Origin: Elusimicrobiota bacterium
Lineage (GTDB): Bacteria; Elusimicrobiota; Elusimicrobia; Elusimicrobiales; UBA9959
NCBI GenBank assembly: GCA_037137395.1
Contig: JBAXKK010000063.1
Location: 1 to 15,894, forward strand
Direction: 5' to 3'
DNA length: 15,894 bases
The position numbers and the translations under genes were made by a program. Positions within the stretch are counted from its first letter, which is position 1, and every line of letters begins with the position of its first letter. The notes under the pieces were generated by a model. The model searched no databases and was not told the origin of the DNA. It worked only from the letters and a program-made list of their open reading frames with translations. Shown in pieces: positions 8,544 through 15,378 of the stretch.

Positions 8544-9947
8544 TCACGGCATCGCCGATTTCTTCCTTCTTAAAAACTGGCCTGCTGGCCTGTCGGGTCT
8601 GGATAGTTTTCCTTCTTCGGCTATCATTTCCCCTCTTAAAATTGTGTACTTGGCCCAGCCATAGAGCTTCACGCCCTGATATGGGGAATAGTCGGTCTTG
8701 TGCTGAAGCTTTCTGAAATCTACAGCCGCGGATGCGGCCGGATCTATAATGGCCAGATCCGCGTCCGAGCCCGGTTTTATGGCTCCTTTGCGCGGGTAAA
8801 GTCCCATGACTTTCGCCGGATTTGACGATAAGACGCGCGCGAGGCCGGAGAGCTTTATGCGGCCCTGTTTTACTCCGAATGTGTAGATTAGCGGCAGCAG
8901 GGTCTGAGTTCCCGGCAGGCCCATGCAAAGCCGGGCGATGTCCCCGGCCCACTCGTCTTTCTGCTTGCTGGTGAAGGTGCAGTTATCGGTCGCTATTACC
9001 CCGACCGCGCCTTTGTTCAACGCGGCCCATAGAGCTTTTGAGTCGGCCGGCGTTCTTACCGGAGGGCAGGTGGCGTAGAGATGCCCGTCGCCGCGCCGTA
9101 AGACAGAGTCCTTTAGTACAAGATACTGTGGGGCTGTTTCCCCCATTGCGTGCACTCCTATGGCGCGGGCCCTGGCTATAAGCCCGGCCGAAACGCCGCT
9201 GGAGAGATGCACGAAATATATATTGCCGCCTGTGCGGCCCGCGAGCACGAGGGCGCGGCCCACGGCTTCCCATTCTGTGAAGTCCGGCCGCGAAAGCCGG
9301 TGAGCGTCCGCCCCTGGATGCTTTTCGCGCCGCCGGCGCTCCGTCAGCAGGTCTATTATGTCTCCGGATTCGGCGTGGACGCAGACAAGCGCCCCGCTGC
9401 GCCTGGACGCCTCCAAAGCTTCAAAGAGTTCTGCGTCAGACGCCATCAGCCCCCGGGATTCGTACGCCATGAAAAATTTAAAGCTGCTCACGCCCAGGGC
9501 CATAAGGTCTTTAATCTGGCCGGCCGGGTCCGAAAGCTTTTTCCACGACGGAATTATCGCGTGAAAACCGTAATCCACGTGCATGAGGCCTTCGGCCTCT
9601 TCTATCCTTTCCTTCAACCCAGCGCGAAGCGGGACGCCCGGGCCCTGACCTGTATAATCTATCACAGAGGTGACGCCGCCGCAGGCCGCGGCCGCGGAGC
9701 CGGAGTAGAAGTCGTCGGCTGTCATTTTTCCGCCCCCGAGGTGCAGGCTGTAATGGACGTGGGCGTCTATGAGCCCGGGCAGAACTACGAGACCGCGGGC
9801 GTCGATCACGCGGACGGCGTCGCAGGTGCCCTTCGCCGGCCTGCCTACGCGCCTTATCTTGCCTCCGGAAATAAAAATATCAGCCCTGGCCGGGCCATTT
9901 TCCAGTACGGCCAACCCGCCTTTAATTACAAGGTCATATCGCGTCAT
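8544..9947 (-). CDS. hydA: Dihydropyrimidinase / D-hydantoinase (cyclic amidohydrolase family)
   Basis: PGLIDAHVH, AACGGVTSVID, SSFKFFMAY (carbamylated Lys), VHAE, FVHLS, GETAPQYL, ATD, KGAIKPGSDAD and DYSPYQG. Exact substrate not established. Confidence 0.85.
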   Translation of the reverse strand: MTRYDLVIKGGLAVLENGPARADIFISGGKIRRVGRPAKGTCDAVRVIDARGLVVLPGLIDAHVHYSLHLGGGKMTADDFYSGSAAAACGGVTSVIDYTGQGPGVPLRAGLKERIEEAEGLMHVDYGFHAIIPSWKKLSDPAGQIKDLMALGVSSFKFFMAYESRGLMASDAELFEALEASRRSGALVCVHAESGDIIDLLTERRRREKHPGADAHRLSRPDFTEWEAVGRALVLAGRTGGNIYFVHLSSGVSAGLIARARAIGVHAMGETAPQYLVLKDSVLRRGDGHLYATCPPVRTPADSKALWAALNKGAVGVIATDNCTFTSKQKDEWAGDIARLCMGLPGTQTLLPLIYTFGVKQGRIKLSGLARVLSSNPAKVMGLYPRKGAIKPGSDADLAIIDPAASAAVDFRKLQHKTDYSPYQGVKLYGWAKYTILRGEMIAEEGKLSRPDRPAGQFLRRKKSAMP

Positions 9948-10174
9948 TTTAAATGAAGGTCGTGGTGCTTCGGTTCGGGTCTGTGGCGGTGGCCGAATAT
10001 GATGTTATAGGTCAGCCAGGTGGCGGAGAGCAGCGTTAACCCGCACATAAGGAGCCAGGCCCAGATAATCTGCGGGCTATGTTCGGTTGTCAGTACGCTG
10101 TACGCCAACAAACCGATAAGCCCGGCGGATGCCGCCCAGAATACGACGAAAATGGACCGGATAATTATCACCAT
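9944..10174 (-). CDS. Small hypothetical membrane protein (76 aa, two TM helices, His-rich C-tail)
   Basis: MVIIIRSIFVVFWAASAGLIGLLAYSVL...IIWAWLLMCGLTLLSATWLTYNIIFGHRHRPEPKHHDLHLK. ATGA overlap with the hydA start. Start placed at 10174 because the longer ORF from 10237 spans a consensus promoter. Confidence 0.7.
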   Translation of the reverse strand: MVIIIRSIFVVFWAASAGLIGLLAYSVLTTEHSPQIIWAWLLMCGLTLLSATWLTYNIIFGHRHRPEPKHHDLHLK

Positions 10175-10181
10175 AGGTTTA

Positions 10182-10210
10182 ATTTTAACGATTTGCCGCC
10201 AGCCTGTCAA
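10182..10210 (-). promoter_or_regulatory. Sigma70-type promoter, probably producing a leaderless mRNA
   Basis: TTGACA (10210-10205), 17 bp, TAAAAT (10187-10182). The ATG begins 7 nt downstream of the -10 box with no SD. Confidence 0.75.
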
Positions 10211-10261
10211 TAATCGGTTTTTTAACCCCGGCTGCATCCCTAAGACGGCAAAGTCGGATGC

Positions 10262-10864
10262 CTATTTCCCCGGCTTGAAATTGGCAAGCACTTTGTCAAA
10301 AAACTTCAGATTTGCTTCGGCGATATCCAGTGGGGCGTGATACTCTAACACGTAAAAACCGCCTTCTTTTCCGGGCAGAACCACTTTTTTTACTAACACC
10401 GCCACTTTTTTTGGCTTTACAGCGTAGGGAGGGATGAAGTCAAATTTTTGGATTTCAAACATCTTGCCTTTCCGGCCGCCGACAGTCACGTCTCGGACCG
10501 GGCCGTATTTCCTGCCTCTGATCGGCATGGAACTGTCGGGGATAGAGTTCAGCAGGATATATTTATCCATTGTTTTAAATTGCCGGTGGTCTGCGGCGTA
10601 ATAGGTCAGTGATATACGCGAGTAGGCCCCGTCCTTATTCCTTGGGCCTTTGAGGTCCACGCCGTACTCCCGGTACTGCCTGCCGGCTGTTATGGATTCG
10701 CTCTTGGGCCAGGTGCCGGGTATCTTCGCGGTGAAGAAATTACCGTCACAGACGAAATCCCGAAAATCGACCGCCGCGGGCTCCTTCTCGGCGCTGGAAT
10801 TCTGCAGCCAGGCGAAGCAGGCCGCGCATATTACAAGTGAAGCCGCGATTACATTTTTTTTCAT
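10262..10864 (-). CDS. Secreted hypothetical protein, probable PsbP/Mog1/DcrB-like fold
   Basis: Signal peptide MKKNVIAASLVICAACFAWLQNSSA. The pattern FTAKIPGTW...VTVGGRKG...FYVLEYHAP...FDKVLANFK resembles PsbP-like proteins. AAGGA SD. Confidence 0.65.
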   Translation of the reverse strand: MKKNVIAASLVICAACFAWLQNSSAEKEPAAVDFRDFVCDGNFFTAKIPGTWPKSESITAGRQYREYGVDLKGPRNKDGAYSRISLTYYAADHRQFKTMDKYILLNSIPDSSMPIRGRKYGPVRDVTVGGRKGKMFEIQKFDFIPPYAVKPKKVAVLVKKVVLPGKEGGFYVLEYHAPLDIAEANLKFFDKVLANFKPGK

Positions 10865-10879
10865 ATTTTATCCTTATAT

Positions 10880-12709
10880 TCAGGGCAATGCTTTAACCGG
10901 TTTTACCCTTAAGGTTGTGGCCGCGCCGCTAGTCGGTTTTAATTTATCCAGGCTGTCCTGAAAATAGCGCGCCTCTTCTTCTGATTTCTTGATGGTAAGC
11001 TTGTACCAGGGGTACAGAGAGTTTAATTCCTGAGTGAGTGCCATCGTGCTCGCGTAATACTTTTTCGCTCGCGAGGGGTCTATCTCCGCCGCTATCTCGC
11101 GAAGGGCCAGCTCTTTTTTTAGGGATTCATAACTGGCGAAGTTCTGGGCGGCTTTCCCCTCCTGCGAGGGCACCGCGTAATACATTATGGATCGCCCCAC
11201 GCCCTTCGCGCCTTCATTTTTTAGCAGGTCGGCCCTTTCGAGGTCAGAATCCAAGATCTGGTCGTAATAATTATTGTTGCCTTTTGCTTTTTCTGCGATA
11301 TTCTTTTGCAGCACATGCAGCGCGCCTTTAGAAAAAGCTTCTCCTTCCTGTCCGATATAATAATAGTCCGGTACCTTGTTCGCTCTGGCCCAGGCCGCCT
11401 GCTGCTGGTGTCCGCCGCCCTCATGGATAAATGTGGGTTCTATTATGGTGGTTACTTTTTTAATCGCGGCTTGATTATTCTTGTCCATAAGCTGGTCAGC
11501 CGTTACCGAGGCTTTTTGCATCGCCTCCTCTATATAGGTTTTGTTTAGCTTTATAGATCCATCTCCTGTATTGTATACGCCGCAGATATTTGGGTTATTA
11601 AGATTTGAGACGCTGAATTTAAGGGCGTTCCCAGGTTTGGCGTAAAAAGCTATCGTTTCGCGGCCGATGTCCGTGTCTGACAGCGAGCCCGGCACTTTAT
11701 CCGTTCCAAGGAGAACTTTCTGCATCCGGGGGCCTAGTTTTGCGGCCTGCTTGTCGGTTAGCGTATATACGGGGCCTGAGCCGCCGGCAGCGGCGGCGCG
11801 AGGCTTCGCGCCCGCTGCGTCGGGTACCTCCCCGGTGGCCGGGGCGGCGTTAGCAAAGGTCTTGTTGAAAAACGCCCGCTTGTCATCGTCCGATTGCGAA
11901 GAGAGATTGTCGAGGCTCTGTTGCATACTGTTGTATTTAGCAGCGGTCGCGGTATTTTGTGGCGAGTTCGGTTCACTGCTGGCTTTTTTTATGTCCTCTT
12001 TAACTCTGTCGATCGCATCTTGTATCTTTTGGCGCTGGCTGTCGTCGATGTATGGCCATATCGCTTCTATGGCCGGCAAATGTTTCACAAGGTCGACCCG
12101 GACGGCGCCCGGCGGAAATATCTTGTCAAAGTTCGCTTTGGCCCAATTTTTAAGGAAGGTCTGGCGGTCGGTGATAGTCCTGTCGGCCCATTGCTCGGGC
12201 GTCTCCGCGTCCTTTGAAATCGCGGCTGTCGTTTTGCCGCCCAGCGTGTCCCAGGACAGTGAAGCTGTTTTTGTAAGTTCCGTTTTATCGGAGGCGTATT
12301 TGGACACCCAGGGCAGAAGCTTGTCCGGTTGTGGGCCCATATCGAGGTCGGGGCCGCAGAGCGCGCAGGGCCGACTCTCCAGTCGCACAATCAACCCGGT
12401 GCGGATAATATATTCGTTATCTGCGTCGGTGAAAAAATCGCCCAGATCTTTTATCGCGTTCTCATTTGTCAGAATATATCTGGCCCGGGGTTCGTCTGCG
12501 GCCTGCAGCTTGTCCAGAAGTTTGAATTCATTCTTGTCGCCGTTAAGGCCGGTCAGGCAGGTGTCGGCCTCGGCGGGAGAAAATATCTTCTCGGAGATGT
12601 TGGTTTCGCACGCCGTTATCACGGCTTGCTCCTGCTCCGTAAATTCTTGCGCGCCGCCAGGTATGGCCTGGCCCAGCCCTAAAAACAGCAGTATAAATAT
12701 CTTTTTCAC
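10880..12709 (-). CDS. Secreted hypothetical protein with a C-terminal zincin-like metallopeptidase signature (HEGGGH)
   Basis: GTG start with GGGGAG SD; signal peptide MKKIFILLFLGLGQAIPGGA; Ala/Pro/Gly linker; CGVYN..DGSIKLN, FIHEGGGH and QEGEAF. The ORF is well supported; the function is inferred. Confidence 0.7.
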   Translation of the reverse strand: MKKIFILLFLGLGQAIPGGAQEFTEQEQAVITACETNISEKIFSPAEADTCLTGLNGDKNEFKLLDKLQAADEPRARYILTNENAIKDLGDFFTDADNEYIIRTGLIVRLESRPCALCGPDLDMGPQPDKLLPWVSKYASDKTELTKTASLSWDTLGGKTTAAISKDAETPEQWADRTITDRQTFLKNWAKANFDKIFPPGAVRVDLVKHLPAIEAIWPYIDDSQRQKIQDAIDRVKEDIKKASSEPNSPQNTATAAKYNSMQQSLDNLSSQSDDDKRAFFNKTFANAAPATGEVPDAAGAKPRAAAAGGSGPVYTLTDKQAAKLGPRMQKVLLGTDKVPGSLSDTDIGRETIAFYAKPGNALKFSVSNLNNPNICGVYNTGDGSIKLNKTYIEEAMQKASVTADQLMDKNNQAAIKKVTTIIEPTFIHEGGGHQQQAAWARANKVPDYYYIGQEGEAFSKGALHVLQKNIAEKAKGNNNYYDQILDSDLERADLLKNEGAKGVGRSIMYYAVPSQEGKAAQNFASYESLKKELALREIAAEIDPSRAKKYYASTMALTQELNSLYPWYKLTIKKSEEEARYFQDSLDKLKPTSGAATTLRVKPVKALP

Positions 12710-12754
12710 GTCTTCTCCCCTGATGCGCGGCTAATGAGTTGTCAGCTTCTTAAC

Positions 12755-12783
12755 AATATAGAGGATAAATCATGTTCTGTCAA
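12755..12783 (-). promoter_or_regulatory. Sigma70-type promoter for the 609-aa/200-aa gene pair
   Basis: TTGACA (12783-12778), 17 bp, TATATT (12760-12755). Confidence 0.75.
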
Positions 12784-12814
12784 GGTTCGTTCGGCCCCTG
12801 TTTGCCCGGTGAGA

Positions 12815-13792
12815 CTAGCGGATAAACATTCTGTGCAGCGTCTTCAGAAGCGGCTCACCATGCCTGAAAGCCGTTACGAGCGCTATCTTTTCAGGAGAGA
12901 CTGATATCCTGATTATTTGACGGCCGTCCGCCGCGCCGGCCTCGCCGAGGGCTTTGCGGATTCCGGGAGCGTCCAGCTTTGAGCCGATAATGTGTATCTC
13001 GGCCGAGTCCCCGTTTTTGCGGATGGCAAAGCAGGTTACTGCCGGCTTCTGGCGGGCGAGTTTAAAATTTCCCACAAGGGTTCCCGTTGCGCTCTCAAAA
13101 GACGAGCGGAGATGCAGCGGTATGGAGTGCTTCTTCGCGTAGGCTATGGCGCGCAACTGCCGCACTTCGGTGCCCGAGCGTGCCAGCTCCATCACCGCAT
13201 CATAGGAGATGCGCGATACTTTTTTTGCCTGCGGCACGATGGTGGGATTGGCCGTGTAGATGCCCTTAACATCGGTGTAAAGCTCGCACATCTCAGCTTT
13301 GAGCGCGTGGGTCAGAACGACAGCCGTAAAATCGGAGCCCCCGCGGCCAAGGGTGGTCGTGTCTCCCTCTTTTGTGAAGCCCTGGAAGCCCGCCACTACC
13401 GCTACCCGGCCTTTTTCTAATTCCCGCAATACGCGGGCCGGACGGACCGAAACTATTTCCGCGTCCGTATGCCGGGCATCTGTTTGTATTCCGGCTTGCG
13501 CGCCGGTAAGCGAGACGGCCTTTACGCCTGCGCGCGCTAAAGCCATGGCCATGAGAGCGGCGCTGATCTGTTCTCCGGCTGCCAGCAGCGCGTCGAGCTC
13601 CCGCGGGTTCGGCTTTGTTGTGAGAAGTTTTGAAAGGGCCAGCAGGTCGTCTGTGATATCAGCCGGGGCGGAGACCGTCATGACCACGGCAAAGCCCCGG
13701 CGGCGCGCGGAAGCTGCCCGTTCGGCCATGATCTTTATCTTTTCAGGCTCGGCCAGAGAGCTGCCGCCGAATTTCATCACTACTATTTTCAT
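12815..13792 (-). CDS. lysC: Aspartate kinase with a shortened regulatory C-terminus (325 aa)
   Basis: MKIVVMKFGGSS, DALLAAGEQIS, VVAGFQG, TTLGRGGSDFTA and YTDVKGIYTANP. Start placed at ATG 13792 because the 13876 extension runs through the repeat. Confidence 0.9.
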   Translation of the reverse strand: MKIVVMKFGGSSLAEPEKIKIMAERAASARRRGFAVVMTVSAPADITDDLLALSKLLTTKPNPRELDALLAAGEQISAALMAMALARAGVKAVSLTGAQAGIQTDARHTDAEIVSVRPARVLRELEKGRVAVVAGFQGFTKEGDTTTLGRGGSDFTAVVLTHALKAEMCELYTDVKGIYTANPTIVPQAKKVSRISYDAVMELARSGTEVRQLRAIAYAKKHSIPLHLRSSFESATGTLVGNFKLARQKPAVTCFAIRKNGDSAEIHIIGSKLDAPGIRKALGEAGAADGRQIIRISVSPEKIALVTAFRHGEPLLKTLHRMFIR

Positions 13793-13804
13793 CAGGAGAT
13801 ATCC

Positions 13805-13963
13805 CGTAAAACTAAAAGCGCAAAGCGTAAGTTGTAAGTCGTAAAACGCAAATCGTAAAACGGGAATAGCCAGCAAAATAAAGAAATAAATTACTTCCCT
13901 AATTACGCTTCCCGCTTTGCGCTTCCCGATTTACTACTTCCGCTTTACGCTTTGCGTTTTACG
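13805..13963. repeat. Inverted 7-bp tandem array element (CGTAAAG/CGGGAAG family), copy B
   Basis: Nine in-register units at 13805-13867 (CGTAAAA CTAAAAG CGCAAAG CGTAAGT TGTAAGT CGTAAAA CGCAAAT CGTAAAA CGGGAAT), a 26-bp spacer, and ten inverted units at 13894-13963 (minus strand: CGTAAAA CGCAAAG CGTAAAG CGGAAGT AGTAAAT CGGGAAG CGCAAAG CGGGAAG CGTAATT AGGGAAG). Confidence 0.92.
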
Positions 13964-13969
13964 ATCCCT

Positions 13970-15301
13970 CTAAACCATGGTCGCCGTGACGCGTATAACC
14001 TCGGACAGTGTTGTCACGCCGCTCCGCGCCTTTACGATGCCGTCCATGAGTAACGTGCGCAGTTTGCCGGTCTGGATGGCGGTGCGGCGTATCATGTCCG
14101 TGGGGCTGTGGTCCAGAACCTGTTTGCGGACTTCTTCGTTCATGATCATTAGTTCAAATATGCCGGTGCGCCCCAGATAGCCGGTGTTGCGGCAGGCGGG
14201 ACAGCCTTTTTCTACTTTATATTCCGCTCCGGGCTTTAGTATAAGCTCCTTTACAGCTTTGCCCTCAGCGGGGTCCATATTCTTTACGAATTCATTTACC
14301 ATGGCTTCGGCCGGTGGCGCCGCTTTCTGCGCGCATTGCGGGCATATCTTTCGCACCAGCCGCTGAGACATGGCGCCCAGCATGGATGAGGCTATCAGGA
14401 AGGGCGGGACGCCCATCTCGAAAAGTCTTTCTATGATGCTCGGGGCGCTTATAGTGTGGATAGTTGTGAACAGGAGGTGACCGGTAAGGGCGGAGCGCAG
14501 GCTGATCTCTGCCGTCTCATAGTCCCGGATTTCGCCTACCATAATCACATCCGGATCCTGTCTTAGTATGGTCCTGAGGCCTTCAGCCCAGGTGAAGCCG
14601 GTCTTAGCGCTGATCTGCGCCTGATTTATACCTTCCAGCCGGTATTCCACGGGGTCCTCTAGCGAGATGATGTTTATCATCGGGGAATTGATATCTTTAA
14701 GCATGGCGTAGAGCGAGGTGGTTTTGCCCGATCCGGTTGAGCCGGTGATAAAGAATATTCCGTAGGGGTTGCGGATCAGCTTCTTGATCATGGCAAGGGA
14801 TTCCTGATCCATTCCGAGCTGCTCCAGGTCCAGACCCAGCTGCTGGCGGTCAAGGACCCGTAAAACAAGCTTCTCTCCGTTTACGGTGGGAAAGGAGGAG
14901 ACTCGTATCTGTATGGCTCGTCCCGCCAGCATCTTCTGGAATCTGCCTTCTTCGTTCCGGAAGGATGTCGGAGGTTCCGGGTCGAATCCGGCCAGCACGC
15001 GAATGCGCTGGGTTAAAGGAATTTCTGAATTTTTGGGGGAATTGAGGACATCCTGCAGTATGCCGTCCACGCGGAAGCGCACGCGGAGGTTTGCGCCCTG
15101 GCTTTCGATGTGGACGTCGCTGGCGCGCTCGGTCACGGCGTGCTCCAGGATCATGTCGCTGAGTCTGATGGCCAGATCAATGCCGGGAGCCCGGCCTTTT
15201 GATTTGACCAGTTCGTGATAGGCTTCCTCTATGCCGCCGGGGTGAATCGGCGCTTGTCCGCTCTTAGGTTGTTCTTCCGGATTAGTTCCCCAAAATGCCA
15301 T
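13970..15301 (-). CDS. GspE/PilB family secretion/type IV pilus ATPase
   Basis: ASDVHIE, Walker A GSTGSGKTT, Asp box EDPVEY, Walker B LRQDPDVIMVGEIRD, His box TGHLLFTTIH, and zinc motif CPQC...CPAC; AAGGAG SD. Confidence 0.95.
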   Translation of the reverse strand: MAFWGTNPEEQPKSGQAPIHPGGIEEAYHELVKSKGRAPGIDLAIRLSDMILEHAVTERASDVHIESQGANLRVRFRVDGILQDVLNSPKNSEIPLTQRIRVLAGFDPEPPTSFRNEEGRFQKMLAGRAIQIRVSSFPTVNGEKLVLRVLDRQQLGLDLEQLGMDQESLAMIKKLIRNPYGIFFITGSTGSGKTTSLYAMLKDINSPMINIISLEDPVEYRLEGINQAQISAKTGFTWAEGLRTILRQDPDVIMVGEIRDYETAEISLRSALTGHLLFTTIHTISAPSIIERLFEMGVPPFLIASSMLGAMSQRLVRKICPQCAQKAAPPAEAMVNEFVKNMDPAEGKAVKELILKPGAEYKVEKGCPACRNTGYLGRTGIFELMIMNEEVRKQVLDHSPTDMIRRTAIQTGKLRTLLMDGIVKARSGVTTLSEVIRVTATMV

Positions 15302-15361
15302 AGCTTTTCTCCTTCCAAAATCTTTTAGAATCCCTCAGAAGACGCATTGGTATCCACATGT

Positions 15362-15370
15362 ATTATAACA
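15362..15370 (-). promoter_or_regulatory. Extended -10 promoter upstream of the GspE/PilB ATPase
   Basis: TGTTATAAT on the minus strand (15370-15362), a second TATAAT at 15378-15373, and no good -35. Confidence 0.55.
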
Positions 15371-15378
15371 CAATTATA

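Noticed and set aside
8465..8716. 83-aa plus-strand ORF as possible cargo of the repeat element
   Set aside because: It starts inside the repeat, runs antisense into hydA, and has no recognisable motif or SD.
11667..12734. 355-aa plus-strand ORF
   Set aside because: Antisense shadow of the 609-aa gene, which has a promoter, SD and signal peptide; the Ser-rich composition is typical of a shadow frame.
13793..13876. 28-aa N-terminal extension of aspartate kinase
   Set aside because: It is translated repeat sequence; the family N-terminus begins at MKIVVMKFGG.
13793..13969. Lysine riboswitch or T-box upstream of aspartate kinase
   Set aside because: The region is fully explained by heptamer arrays also present at 8379-8541. 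I see no lysine-riboswitch or T-box consensus and no terminator U-tract.
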